Source: Tubiluchus corallicola
Taxonomy: Eukaryota; Animalia; Priapulida
Assembly: GCA_030141605.1 (NCBI GenBank)
Contig: JAQGDQ010000180.1
Location: 310,001 to 374,000 of the forward strand
DNA: 64,000 nucleotides
Direction: 5' to 3'
In this document: piece after piece, positions 23,941-36,861 of the stretch
Position numbering within the stretch: the first letter of the stretch is position 1
How the letters are laid out: each line of letters begins with the position of its first letter
Made by a program: the position numbers and the translations under genes
The notes under the pieces: generated by a model
Database searches by the model: none
Seen by the model: only the letters and a program-made list of their open reading frames with translations
What the model was told of the DNA's origin: nothing

Positions 23941-24847
23941 CCACATAACGGAGTATGTAGGACATTTCCGATAAAATACATGTGCCAAGTAGGACACTGG
24001 CGATTTTTGTTGAGAATCGAGATGATGACATAATAAAACATAAAACTAAATTTGTTTCAGAAAAGCAGTAACTTTATAATAATGATGGATAGTACTTGAG
24101 AATTTTTTAATGTATTTTTTACAATAATATCATCATTATTATTAGCTCAGTTAATATAATCATAATATTAGACTAAGTATCTAATGCTTTAAAGAGAGAA
24201 ACTGTGTAGGGACATAGCTCGCTAGTCCATTCACTTAATGGAAACAATCATTTATCCAAGAGGTAGTGAAACTGATCACCTGTCTGTGAAGGGAGACAAA
24301 ATAAAAAAATGATATACCTTAAGCAAATGTTGGAAACACCTAAAAAGCTGGCTTGTTTCACTTCAAAAAATATTAATATCGAAGCCAAATTTAATATTGA
24401 CCATTTTATTAGGTCAAGATAAGATTCTTTTATTCTTATCAGATGTATAATAATTTATTCAATGTGTACTGACGTTTTCAATTATTTTTATTAAATAAAC
24501 AAGGACAACAGACATTGACAGTACGGTTAACGACTCAATTTGTAACCTGTTTCTAGTATCCTACTCCCAACACACATAATAATTTCATGCTTCAATAAAC
24601 GGTGAAACATAACATTAGTCTGATTAATCTGAGGAGCAGTTTTTATAATAGCCAGTGTGTTTTACAGTTGAGAGACCTGGAACACCAATCTGCAAAGTAT
24701 TATGCCCAACACAATGTACATGGAACTCCTTAGGTCATTATTGTCAGTCAGACATACAACGTGCAATCATCTTGTGTTTCTTGAGACTGGATATCCGTCT
24801 TTCATCACGTGGGTGGAATGTACACAATGAAAATGTGGCGAATAGAA

Positions 24848-25408
24848 CAGTCAACCTTGGCTATAAGGTACTCGCTTATAAGGGACCACCAACACCGGTT
24901 CCGATTTTCGTAACATTTTTCATTAAAAAAATCTTTGTATTTAAGATACTCGGATATAAGGGACTTTGGTTATAAGGGACGATATCTTCAGGTCCCGCGT
25001 AATAGAAACCGAGGTAAACTACCCTGCATGTAAGAGACCCTATGTTCAAATATTTTTTTATGTCCCAAAACGCCTATGCCAAGACCCCGCGCGGGCCCCA
25101 CTGTATTCCTTTGGACTACGGTGAGGTCTTGTGGCTGTAATGATGTGGGTAACTAGTTGGTGGCAAGGGTAACGCCAGTGGATAGTCATGATGGATGAAA
25201 GAAACGGGTCAGAGCGTGACTTACTACTATGCATTGGTCCACACATGGCGACAAACTGTTTATTGGGCATTAGGCTACTAGATGACATACATAGAGCTCA
25301 CTGCTCTAGATACACCCTCAGTCTGACTCAGCTTCGGCTATAAGGGACATCGGATATAAGGGACGATTTTTCCGGTCCGGAGGTGTTCCTTATATCTGAG
25401 GTTGACGG
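24848..25408. mobile_element. Tc1/pogo-like MITE
   Basis: TIR CAGTCAACCT...AGGTTGACGG|TA; repeated subterminal TATAAGGGAC motifs. Confidence 0.6.
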
Positions 25409-26128
25409 TACTAGCCAATTCAGAAAGTCATCAGCCCTTACTTAAAGCATATGAGATAGCAATGCTCTGCAACAGCGGATTGTATAAATGTTTGAATGGA
25501 CTGCTTAGAGTCAGTGTAAGTGAGTACTATAAGTAACAACAATCTCTGTTGGCAGACACTGTAAGAAACAGTAACTCAACTAAATGAGAGACATATATAA
25601 AAAGTTCGTCTCATGCTTACTAGCACCCGTTATTCCGGATTCAACGCCTGAGATGTATCGCACTGCCCATACACGTTTGACTATTTAAAAGTTGAAACTA
25701 GATGTATGTGTAAGTCTGGGTCCAGTCCACATCCGGTAACTAGGAGTTGGTGCCTCCTTACTTAAACCCTAAGGACTTGATAACAAGTGGATTATTTCAT
25801 TGTCCTTTCAAGTAAAATTCAAACGTTCATATTATAAGATAATTATTAAATAAAACAGCGAAACATTGCAGTAGAATGTGCACAGCGTTCATTAGCAACC
25901 ATCTACTAGTCACCTACATGGAATTGTTCTTTTGAATGTAATATCAGGGAATGCTTGAACAAAATCCACTTTAGACAGGCCTAAAGTGTACTTATCAAAC
26001 ACTAACGGTGCATTCACACTAGCGAGTTTTCATTTCAGCTCGCCAAGTAATTTGTAAGTGTATTCAGACTAGAAAGCAAAACTTGCGGTGAGTTACTCTC
26101 CGACTGTAAATGCGAACTGGCGCTCAAT

Positions 26129-26499
26129 AAGCCTTCTCACAGTTTCGTTGTGCCCACGGGCAGTCGCTGTAGATCAACAAGTTTAAGTCTACCACAGCAA
26201 CGTGTCTTAATTACAACTTTCACGTGACAAGTCGGTAAAGCAAAGCCGTCTGCTGCATCAGTTCAGTGACTCAGCTGTTTTACATGGACTTCACTCAATT
26301 ATGCATTAGTCTGTGCACAGAGTGATTTACTAGCAGGATCTTGCTTGGGAACTAGAAAAAATTAAAGTTCTAGCTAGCTGTTAAAACTAGGAGCATGGGC
26401 TGCAAGATATTGTCAAGTGTACACAAATGCATTGTCTAGTACACTCAACTTTTGACCTTTTCATGATCATCGTCAAGCGCTGGAAGTGTGAAAAGGCTT
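26129..26499 (+). mobile_element. MITE family D copy 3
   Basis: AAT|AAGCCTTCTCACAG...GTGTGAAAAGGCTT|ATT; appears inserted in an older Harbinger-like element beginning ggtgcattcacact at about 26008. Confidence 0.7.
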
Positions 26500-27077
26500 A
26501 TTACGGTACAAGAAACTTGCCGAGCATTCACACCAGAGAATAACTTGCAGGAAATCAACTCGGAGCGACTGTAGTTCGATGCTTGCGAGTTTGGCGTCAG
26601 AGGGCAAACTTGCGACAGAAAACTCACCGTGAGTTTTGCCGAGACTAAAAAGTACAAGTTTTGTAGTCACTGCTAATAGCCATCTGTTCTTATTCATGAT
26701 ACAACTAAAAAAATCAACTACCATAATTATAAAAAAAGCGTGCTAAGGTGGAACATGTAGTTAGGTTCACAAAGACGAGCAGCACATACAAACAGAAACA
26801 TTTCACAATCAGTCTCTTAGATTATTTGACTTAAAAGAAGCAAATTTTTCAGTTCAGCACAACTAAGGTATCTACAACACCAAGTGAAAGTTTCAGACGT
26901 CATGACTAGACTGCCCTAGTTTATAAAAAAACACTTGACAAACATAGAAAGGATTGTCATAAACATCAGTTAGTAAGATCTGTCTTCATATTGCATACAT
27001 AACTCATTCATGTATCCCACAGGGACAAACTGCAAAGCTTAATATATTAGTGTGAGGCAATAAATAGACTACTGTTC

Positions 27078-28079
27078 TCAAAAACCAGTCCAACTAGGCA
27101 AAAAGTAATCTTCACTACAAACACTGTTGTACAAAGTGCTGCCCTCTCTTGCCCATTTTTTGTAGTAAATCACATCGCCACCTGTGAGAAATGCCACCCA
27201 CCAGGAATATGATCCTGTTGTCATGACAGTGTGATCTGTTAATGTTAGCGCAGCAAAATCGAGAATTGCTGACCCGGAGGAGAGGTATGCCACGTCATCT
27301 CCCTGAACTATTGACTTAGCATCAGTCATATTGTTGCTACACACGACAAATATAGGATTGGAATATTTTTTCCTGAAGTGCGCCACTGCTTTTCTTACGT
27401 ACTCCGGAGGGGCAGGTAAAAAACCATGAAATTCCAGTTCCGGTTTGAGGATATCGCCCCTGCGAATGTGCACTCCGACTAATTCACGATTTAGTGACGT
27501 ATTATGGAATGCAGCTAGCAGTGTTTCGTTGAGCAATTTACCTGCTATGCGCAGGACATCATCATTCAGTCTAAACTGGCTTCGTATTAATTTTTTATAA
27601 GGCTCAAAGTATTTCCACGATTGCATATAACCAACTATTTTCAGATTTCGTTGAGGTAAGCGTAGAAGATTTGTATCCAGACAGGAAGAAAATCTCTCGT
27701 CTAACTGTGGAAAATTCTCGCCAAGCGTGGTTTCAGTTTCCGGGAGAAATATAGCCTCGGTCAGATTAAAATACCTGGCTATACTCATTTTATCCGAGAA
27801 CAGCAGAGTCATCCGATTCAACTTTGCAATGCTTAAAGCTGATGCGTACCAGAATAACTGATTTCCCATGCCGCCTTCTTTATACGTCATGACAGTCAGT
27901 ATGGGTGCTGCTTTCATATTATTTCCTAAGACTTCATACTCGTACCTGACAACTTGCTCAAACCGCCCGGTAAAATAAAGAATGGTAAGAGAAAGTAGGA
28001 AGGAAGAGAGTACCACTTTAGACACCATGCTGTTCAGCGAACCACATTTTAACACCTTTAAAACTAACATAGACTGCAT
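27078..28079 (-). CDS. Galactoside alpha-1,2-fucosyltransferase (CAZy GT11, FUT1/FUT2-like), uninterrupted CDS, type II membrane protein
   Basis: 333-aa ORF; N-terminal TM (VVLSSFLLSLTILYF); GGMGNQLF, GYMQSWKYF, VGVHIRRGD, FVVCS and DFAAL..HTVMTTGSYSWWVAFL motifs of GT11. Confidence 0.93.
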   Translation of the reverse strand: MQSMLVLKVLKCGSLNSMVSKVVLSSFLLSLTILYFTGRFEQVVRYEYEVLGNNMKAAPILTVMTYKEGGMGNQLFWYASALSIAKLNRMTLLFSDKMSIARYFNLTEAIFLPETETTLGENFPQLDERFSSCLDTNLLRLPQRNLKIVGYMQSWKYFEPYKKLIRSQFRLNDDVLRIAGKLLNETLLAAFHNTSLNRELVGVHIRRGDILKPELEFHGFLPAPPEYVRKAVAHFRKKYSNPIFVVCSNNMTDAKSIVQGDDVAYLSSGSAILDFAALTLTDHTVMTTGSYSWWVAFLTGGDVIYYKKWAREGSTLYNSVCSEDYFLPSWTGF

Positions 28080-28514
28080 TATGCTTCAAATTAACATTTG
28101 CAATGATTTTCTAAATCCTAGTCAACGTATCACAGTCGAGACAAGTTACACGGCAACTAATGACTAGTTACACATTCTTAAAACTACAGCAGTTCGGAGT
28201 ATCCAACCTAACAGATGCCCAAGAAACCACTGCACACATTTATGAACGTATCCAAGGAATGTAAGTCAATAGCAATCACAGTAAACTCGATCAACTACGA
28301 AAATCAATACACCATCCTGAACTTTGGCAAGATAAACGGTCGTCAGTACAATTACAGATTCTTGTAGGTAAATGATTTATTAAAGAGTGAGCTTGCAAAC
28401 ATGCAGAACAGCCGCTCAACAGTTTAAACAACAGACTAGACATAATCTCATTTGTTCCACATGATCTCATTTGTTCCACATGAAAAGGTCATGGAAATTT
28501 TAGTTCACTTCCTT

Positions 28515-28655
28515 TTAGTTACACTTCTTCTCCGGCACAGTGTCGTTAGATGCACGCAACCTGACAGCAGGATGACTTGCGCTCCAGGATGATTCTGCGG
28601 CTTCTGCTCTTTTAACTTTTATTAGGAGATTTCCAGAATAGTACATCCAGTAAAT
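28515..28655 (-). CDS. TMEM18: Transmembrane protein 18, exon 5 (last coding exon)
   Basis: attttacAG| acceptor, phase 0; IYWMYYSGNLLIKVKRAEAAESSWSASHPAVRLRASNDTVPEKKCN*; AATAAA on - at 28376-28381. Confidence 0.8.
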   Translation of the reverse strand: MYWMYYSGNLLIKVKRAEAAESSWSASHPAVRLRASNDTVPEKKCN

Positions 28656-28734
28656 CTGTAAAATAATAATAGTGTGCGTAATTGTTTTATTGCTCGAATC
28701 TTCACAATTTATATAATGAAACAAAGTTAATTAA

Positions 28735-29283
28735 AGGAAAGGTCAAGCTTTTATAGGATATCAGGCTTATATCAATGTTTGCAAAAAATGTTAGAAGAAT
28801 TTAGTAATGAAACTGCAATAAGTGCCTCGTGTAATTAGTAAAATTAGTTTAAAGTCGTGATCACTTCGTGTTTGTGTTCTCCGATCTTCAACGCCCATTC
28901 TTCTTCCAATGACGTCATTCGTCTTGAAGAAAAGTAGCGCACTGTCAATTTTCATCAAAAGTATAATAAGGCTATAAAAACATCTGAACGCCAATTTCGT
29001 AATATTATTGTGTGAACATTAGATAAGCTGTAGAAGTTTGGTAGCAGCGCACGCTTACGAAAAGCCACGATGCGCTTACGAAAAGTCACGAAGTCTCCCA
29101 GTTACGTCACTATTTTCAAGTGAATGGCGGCAACTGCCAAGACTGAAAATTTCTATTCAGAAGTAGTATATTTTAAATTTGTGCTTTATAGGCAGTTCTT
29201 TGCAAATTTCTTTGTTACATTTTTCTAAGTTTAACTGATAACAGTAAAATAAGCCCAACACACCGAGTGACTTGCTCTTTCCT
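28735..29283 (+). mobile_element. Kolobok-like MITE family B copy 3 (TMEM18 intron 4)
   Basis: TTAA|AGGAAAGGTCAAG...CTTGCTCTTTCCT|TTAA. Confidence 0.8.
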
Positions 29284-29524
29284 TTAACAGAAGTTTTAAC
29301 TTCGCCACGTCCAGAAAAAATTTACGATGCCACTTACTGTCGGACTTAAAAGTTTAACTATGTTAGTTTAGTGGGCTTGTGAGATCAAGACATACGCCTT
29401 GCCCACCCATTATTATGTGTACACAAGATGTAGAACCTGTAATTTAGCGGAAATTTACACCCATAGCACCTGGTAAAAATTACTTCCGCTGCTCGCTTTT
29501 TGATAATGGTGGTTTTTTGAAGTA

Positions 29525-29990
29525 ATCCAATGTACAGTGCTTTGCCGACTAACGTAATAGTCAAGCACCTCTTTTAAAGTATGGATGCACATCTCTGTGC
29601 CTAAGTTTTCAACAAAACCAAACCGGTTTGCCGTGGTACTCAAACAAGAACTGTAACGATTTAGAAGCAGTATTTCTATAACTTTGCTTCCTGTATCATG
29701 AGATGAAAGAGCGATAGGCCTTTAGTTGTTCTTGTCTGTAATATCCTCATTTTTGTCTTTAACGAGGGGTACTAGTACAGATAACATTAACGAATGCGGC
29801 AGGTAACCGTGTGTCACACAGGATGTGAATAGCAGCGCCAACATGGTTGGCAGCAAATGGGATGAATTACGGAAATGTTCACCTTTAAGTCCGTCTGGAC
29901 CAGCTGATTTATGTAAGGCAAGCCTATCAATTGCCTCTTGCACTTCAAAAACTGTAAATGCATTAATGGGCGTTATGCTATGGCTCAGAA
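29525..29990 (-). mobile_element. LINE reverse-transcriptase fragment (RTE/RTEX-like), disrupted
   Basis: EVQEAIDRLALHKSAGPDGLKGEHF...LVPLVKDK...NN*RPIAL...RFGF; RT domain 0-2 region with an in-frame stop. Confidence 0.8.
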
Positions 29991-30531
29991 CATGTTTTAA
30001 ACATGTTTTGTATGAGTGATGTTTTGAGATTCTATGTGTAACCCGTATGCTGGATGCTTTATTGGATAGGTTTATTGGCATTAGAGTGGGCAACAGAATT
30101 AAAATACAAGATGCACTTGCATCATGTTCCTGCCAACGCAAAATCATGCAAATCTATATACAAGCAACTGTTAAATCTTCATTACAATATTTACAATATG
30201 TGTTTTTTGGTAGTTTTGCTAGGTATAGCAAAATCAATATATAGATGTTTAATTTTTCAATGTAGGCAGTGTATAATGAAACTAACATTTGAAATGTATG
30301 ACACCTAAAAAACATGTACAGCTGTACACGACAAAATGTTTAAATTCCCTTAGTTTCTTGGTTTTTTCACAAACAGGGCCGGAGTATCCTATAAGCTGCA
30401 GTCCAAGGCTCACCAAGCTAGCCATTGTCAATAATTTCGGATTTTGGCAAGAACACAATAATTTCGTGGAAAACAGTGATGGGCGATTAATAGATTGATT
30501 AAGTTAATCGAGATTACAAGCATGTATGAAT

Positions 30532-31374
30532 TAGTGTTGCTTCGGATATCCGATTCATATCCGAAAACAGTGATATTCGCGAGATTTTGCAGGTATTCGT
30601 ATCCGACAGTTATAAAAATTCGATATTCGCAAATATTTGCTCCCCGGTTTTCGTAACGTGCAATTGAAAACGGTTTCCGAATAATTTAACAGCCGAAAAT
30701 AACTAAATAAAATATTACAAAATTACTTAGAGATCGTTTTAGCCTTTGTTTGTGTTTTCAAAATGAATATTTTACACACATCTTTTCTTGTTTGTGTGTG
30801 ATAATACGGTGTATCTTTGGGCTAGGTCCTGTAAAATCATAGTCTCTTTTAACAGACTAAATCAGGGGTGTGCAAATTGCGGCCCGCGGGCCACTTGCTT
30901 AATGTAGCTTAATGTCACTGTACTACTCAGACTGTGTGATACACATTACTAATATGCATGGTAATGAAATTACCACTATTTGTCCTGAAAGTAGAAATAT
31001 ATGGTTTGTAATATAAATTTTAATAACTTCTATAATAGTTTCTTGAGTGTAGTAGTAATGATGTACGCAGGTCGGATGCAAAAAAAATCGTTATTAGGCC
31101 TTTCTGTACTTGGCTCCTTGATCAAACTGCCTGTGGCCCGCAGGAATTACGGGAAAGTTTAATGTGGCCCGGCTAGTCAGATAATTAGCACACCCCTGGA
31201 CTAAATGAAAATGCTAATGTTTGCAAACGTTTACTAATTTTTCATTATCCGAAACGATTCGCATATTCGATCCAAACTTGGCTAACCTATCCGAATCCGG
31301 AAGTCAATTTGAAGAAATATTCGATGATATCAAGTATTCGCTATCCGGCAAAAAGTGCATCCGGAGCAAGACTA
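30532..31374. mobile_element. hAT MITE (middle)
   Basis: TIR TAGTGTTGCTTCGGAT/ATCCGGAGCAAGACTA; perfect 8-bp TSD GTATGAAT. Confidence 0.85.
30863..31198. mobile_element. hAT (Charlie-like) MITE (inner)
   Basis: TIR CAGGGGTGTGC/GCACACCCCTG; perfect 8-bp TSD GACTAAAT; GGCCCGCGGGCC subterminal motif. Confidence 0.88.
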
Positions 31375-31926
31375 GTATGAATCGACATAATCGGTTATTG
31401 AACAGTAATTCAGTTAATCTAGATCAAAATATACATGTTACACACTGACTAAAAGGCAGAGTTTGAGCAAAAATAAACAAAATTCTTTCATTTTTTTCTT
31501 CGCTTATCTCACCGTACACGATGCACACAACTGCAAACCACGGCGTTGCAAACTGTGGCTTCTTATACGTTTTCACGTGACGCATGTAGATGACATAATA
31601 ATAGAGTAATTAATAAAATGTGTGTGTCTAGAAAAATAGTTTGCAATTAAGAAAATGGTAGACAGTGACGAAACGAAAGCCACGGAGAAGCTTATGGGCT
31701 GTATTTCAGTGCTGCAATGTTTGAAAAAATACTTAAAGACTAAAAATTACCGGAAAAGATTAAAACATATCGAATTGCAAGAACAAGATTATAATCGAAT
31801 TAGAAAATTTAAAAATCGCCCATCACTAGGGGAAAAGACGATAATTTTTAGTTTCCAACACAATAATTAGCATCATACAATCCTGGAACGCAAATTAATG
31901 ATCTGCTGTTGAACAGAAACACTTAC

Positions 31927-32020
31927 TATAATGATTAAGCAGTTGAGCAATAACGGTCCAGAAAAAACTACGGAAATGAACAGTCCATTGCTATCAAAGT
32001 ACTGCTGAGAAGCGAACAAC
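31927..32020 (-). CDS. TMEM18: Transmembrane protein 18, exon 4
   Basis: ttattttcAG|...|GTAAGT; (R)[31 protein letters not shown], the TMEM18 signature QYFDSxGxFISxVFSxPLL. Confidence 0.92.
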
Positions 32021-32488
32021 CTGAAAATAATAGAAAAGCTAATATCTGTGAAATCAATAACTGACATGAACTTTTTTCAAAAGTAATCTTCTGTTTTCCA
32101 TTAAAGATAAGTGTCATTAAAGATTCAACATCCCAAGCACAATTCAAAAGTAAGTAACATTGACCATCTTGAAAAACTTGCACTCCTCCATCTCTCTTTT
32201 ACCTTGGTTGTCAATTGTTATATATCGATACTTTAATAATGGAAATCGTGCTAAATAAGCGTAGTTATTAAAAAATAAAATGTGATTTTTTAGCTAATGT
32301 AACTAATAAGTTGGTATACGAAATAATGTAGTTAGAATGATAGCGTGTAAATAATTGTGTCTTCTGCTCATTGTAAGAAAGTTCCGTAGAAATTCACAGA
32401 CTGTAAAATAGTTTTGTAGTTTATAACAGATACATAGGCCAACTGTTATATATATTATTCATTATATTTTGTATGTTGACTGTATAAG

Positions 32489-32533
<45 letters not shown>

Positions 32534-32614
32534 ACCAGCAAATAGTGGTAAATAAAAGACATAATAATAATGATAATATAATAATAATAATAATAACAAT
32601 AATAATAAAATTCA

Positions 32615-33402
32615 TCTTGCAAGAATGAGACTAGATACCAGTCTCCTAGCTGCTCGTATGTTTGCAAATAATATTGTTCGTCCTCCCAACTGTTTATATG
32701 GAGCACCATATGAAGATCCTGAACGCTTTGTTCCAGAACGCCCTCATTTCTACAATACTCGGCTGGTCACTATTAATCCCCTTCTAACTGCAGTAAATAT
32801 TAACATTAACGTTACACTATACGGTGACACTAATCAGTCATCGTCCTTTAACAGAGATATTACACTAGCATCTATCAACTTTATCATGTTAAGCAAAAGA
32901 TTTCAAAATACGTAAATATTTACATCGTAATAGGATACAATTCATACACTGCCTTCCACATTATTGACTATATAGTTAGCAGGAAATTAGCTTTTTGTCA
33001 GTATAAAAAACATATTTTTTAAATTTTTTTTATTTACTTGGCTAATTGTTTTCTAATCTTCCATTTCGGCTTTTCAGCTAAGTGCATTTCGTACACCATA
33101 AAACACTATTCAACCTTAATAAATCCGTAGACCCTTATCATGTGTGCCGATATCTGAGTATCATTAATCATTCACTCATCTATCATATCCTAGATCATCT
33201 AACCCCCCCCTTTCTTGCACGTTTTACTTCCTGTTTCTCCACCAATATATGAAGTTATATCGTACTATTTAACGATTTTCAATACTGTGACTGTCTTCAT
33301 GTGACAGGCTTTCATATACCTGTTAGCCATTCACCTAGTACTGTTGCACAATTTCAGCTGTTCATGTATGTAGTGTTTCAATTTTCAGTTTACTAATAAA
33401 TA
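32615..33402 (+). mobile_element. LINE (CR1/L2-clade) 3' remnant
   Basis: Degenerate C-terminal knuckle region (PNCLYGAPYED...LYGD...RF) followed by a 3' UTR ending at AATAAA. Confidence 0.45.
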
Positions 33403-33822
33403 CTCACCATTAGCATTAATTCATTATCATTGTCATCACCATCACCATTGTCATCAGCATTAATATCACCATCGTTGTCATAATTATCATCAACATCATC
33501 AACATTGTCATATCGTTTTCTCGCATCTGTTTGCTTCGCTCCATTTAACATAGTTTTTTTGTTGTTTATATTATTAATTTAGTCTTATCCATTTTGAGCA
33601 CAGCTCATAAGTTAATTTCTTCTGCTACGCTCATAGCCCTGCAATGTTTTGTTAATTTCTAATTGTACAACTTTTTTATTTTTGTATGTGTTAAATGGAT
33701 GAATAAATAAATACAGTTTAAAGCAAAGATAAGTGTGAGGAACGTATAACAGGTACATTCCAACTGACACAATGACGAAATAACAATTGATAATTTTCCA
33801 AGAAACATTTAAAACACCTTAC

Positions 33823-33877
33823 CGCCAGTATTTCGCTGCGTATTCGTTAATGTTTTCAGCCAAATATACAAGAACCA
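33823..33877 (-). CDS. TMEM18: Transmembrane protein 18, exon 3 (55 nt)
   Basis: ttttattttAG|...|GTAAGG; (L)VLVYLAENINEYAAKYW(R), phase-compatible on both sides. Confidence 0.92.
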
Positions 33878-35943
33878 CTAAAATAAAAAACAGAACGTAC
33901 TTGACTTAATAAAAAATTTGCAGTGCTCGAAACACACCAGCACTAAAACAGCCACATTAGATTTTTTTTGGAAAGTTACCATAATATCCACCAAGCAGTT
34001 TTTACATTCATATTTTATTATATTATATATTAAAAGATTAATAATTTAATAATAATTTAATTTAAGTGGAAGGTTGAAACATTGTATGCGCTGGCGTTCA
34101 CTAAGGAACAAAGAAAACTACGAAAAATGCACTAGGCAAATTTCACAGCAAAACACTATTACCAATAGAGTGAAATGTCAAGTAAAATATCGACTTTCTT
34201 GATGTTAAAAAATATTTTCAAGCAAATTTCGGTAAGAATCAGCAAAACTTGACAAATGTGATTCATACAGCAAGAGGCATTTGTAAACAAACAAACGAAA
34301 TTGTAAAAAAACCGGTAGTTGAATACAAATATTCAGAAAGATTGGTTACAATTGACCCTTACCAGTAGTATTTCTGAGTTCACAATTTTTAACACAACAT
34401 TAACAAAGCATGAAAGGTGGTAGTACAGCATTATTGTGCACATGGCATTTCAGGCATCCAATCAGGTTGGAATTGATACATGGTGCATATATATTTATAT
34501 ATAAAACACTTCTGGTGTGCTGATCACACAACAGTTATATTTCAACAGTAGATGTTTAACTTTCGATACATGGTATCTTCACCAGAACAACTGAGGGAAA
34601 TATTGGCCTATTTATAAGAATGCATGAGTAGACACAGGCTTCAAATTATGCATTGCATACTGTAGATACAGGCTTTAAATTCTGCATTGTATACTCTGGG
34701 TACACGCTGAATAATACAGTAATGGGATGAAGTAATAGAGTTGTGATGGGTAGAGTAATTTATGCAAAACTGGGTAAAAATACATTAGTATTTAACTTTC
34801 AGTCTATGAAGAATGGATTCTCTGTTGAGCCCAGTGTGCTGATCCAGTATAATTCCAACTGTTTTCTATAGTGTGCGTCGTAAGTGTTTTCGATATATAT
34901 ATATAGATATGTGTGTGTGTATGAAATTTATTTATCCAATGATATTCCTTGAAATTCAGCGAACTTATTTTAAATGACTAAGGATTATTGCGCCATGAAA
35001 AACGAAATATTAGAAATGAAATATTAGAATATCTCCGATGTAGGAAAAATCAAAGCAGCACTTGAATTTGATAAAAAAAACCACATTGTATACTTACAAT
35101 TCCTTGTTTTATTGATCAACATTTTACACATTAACAAACTTGATACAGGCTTCATTTGAATGTCTTCTGCAGCACGTTTGTAATTAGTGTGATCACGATC
35201 AGCACCGGCATCAAAATAGCAAGTTATGTGCAAGTATGGCTACTGAAACGGTTTGCTAATTTCCAGAACGGTAGCCAGTGCTGGATTTAAGACAAATGAG
35301 TCTGCTGCTACTTAACTTATGAGGCCCCTTAGCTACTCGGACCATGAAGTAAGTAGGCCCGGTAGGCCTACACAGGCAGTCAGGCATACGTGCTCAAGAA
35401 ATTTAGGAGTAGTTAAAATATCACCTAATTTTCCTGCCAAGAAATTGTTTACGACGAATTTTTCAAATATCAAACGTTTTTCCTAGAAGTTACAGAATTG
35501 AAATTGGCCTGTAGTGCTTGGGCTGAGTGCCATCTGTATGGGGTTTTCTGGATTAATTCCAGTTAAACCTGGCATGGTGTCTTTGTGATTTTGTATTGAT
35601 TCTTATATATCAGATGTGGTGATTGGATCTATTAGTATTGTGTGTCTGTTGTATGCTGAGGATAGCTGATTTATATATTTGGTTATGGTGTTATGTTGTT
35701 CTTGTGGAGGTATAGCCAGAGTAGATAGTCTTTATAGAAATCTGCTAGTAAATTGTTTTTTATTGTAAGGTATATGTGGTATGATAGTTATGTTGTATAG
35801 GAGTGTTTGTGTGAAATAAGGTGGGCACTTGTAAGACAGTGTTGGGCAGGTTTGAGCTTCTACTAATATAGAATAGCTTCGAGTTTGTTGCCGTGAACAT
35901 ATCTGACCTATAGCCCAGACAGTTCAAATCTGAATGTACTTAA

Positions 35944-36565
35944 AGGACAATCGGACCCAATCTTAAACTGTAGGTCAAAACAATCTACTCTTTAAAATAT
36001 TGAAAGGAAACGTACTTTTTTTTAAAGACTTCCTTAGGTAAGACAATTATTACCACACAAACACAATTTCGCATCCGCGCCACTAGTTTTTCGCTGTTAC
36101 ATACATTTCACCATTCACTATTTGGACGGGCACTAACACCTGCATTTCGCAAATGCATTGCATAAAAACAGGTGCAGTACCTCTCAGTTCAGATCTGTTA
36201 GTTTGTGAAGAACTACACACGTTCTACAGGTCATGTATGAGTACAGCGGTAAATTTGAAATTTCATCTTAAAACTTGCGTAGTTTTAGTACAACACACTG
36301 AATATCTTACACTGTTCTTCAATTTTCTCTTTCGCAAACGAGTGCAACACGCTCTTGGAATGTTTTTGCTGTTGAAAATTATGTTAGTTTGTGATATCAT
36401 CAGCAGTCAGGCTCAACGCCATTAATTAAGATTTTAATCATTTATTTAATTATCAGACACGCTTTTGCAGTATTAATTATGGTAAAATGCTTTTTAGCTT
36501 AAATGAATATACTTTTTACTGTACTTGAAAGTCAGATAGTGTATGAAAAATCATCCCGTCTTCCT
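35944..36565 (+). mobile_element. Kolobok-like MITE family A copy 1 (TMEM18 intron 2)
   Basis: TTAA|AGGACAATCGGAC...AATCATCCCGTCTTCCT|TTAA; 5 copies in the window. Confidence 0.8.
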
Positions 36566-36743
36566 TTAAGCACACCTAAGCACAATGGTAAATGTAGCAC
36601 TGATATTGGGATTTGCTGCAAGTATCACCATCAAACAGCTTGTGACTAGTAAATTACAAAGGGTTACATTCGTAATGGTTTTTAATGATACAAGTATGTA
36701 AACTCATACAGCAATTAGCAAAAGCACAATGTACTGCACTTAC

Positions 36744-36861
36744 AGAGAATCACAAAGTAAACTGCCTGTACATTCATGCGAGTGTGCAGTAAATAAGTGA
36801 GAAAGAAACAGACACCATGAAATGAAATCAGACCAGTTAACCACGGTTCACTCCAGTCAAT
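36744..36861 (-). CDS. TMEM18: Transmembrane protein 18, exon 2
   Basis: ttttgttacAG|...|GTAAGT; IDWSEPWLTGLISFHGVCFFLTYLLHTRMNVQAVYFVIL, with the DWxEPWL..L..FH signature. Confidence 0.93.

Larger units (their letters stand above)
30474..31828. mobile_element. hAT MITE (outer of three nested elements)
   Basis: TIR CAGTGATGGGCGATT/AATCGCCCATCACTA; TSD gtggaaaa/ggggaaaa. Confidence 0.75.

Noticed and set aside
27078-28079. Possible bacterial horizontal transfer of the intronless GT11 gene
   Set aside because: It has an N-terminal type II membrane anchor and animal-like motifs, and single-exon CDSs are usual for animal FUT1/2-like genes; a phylogeny would be needed to claim transfer
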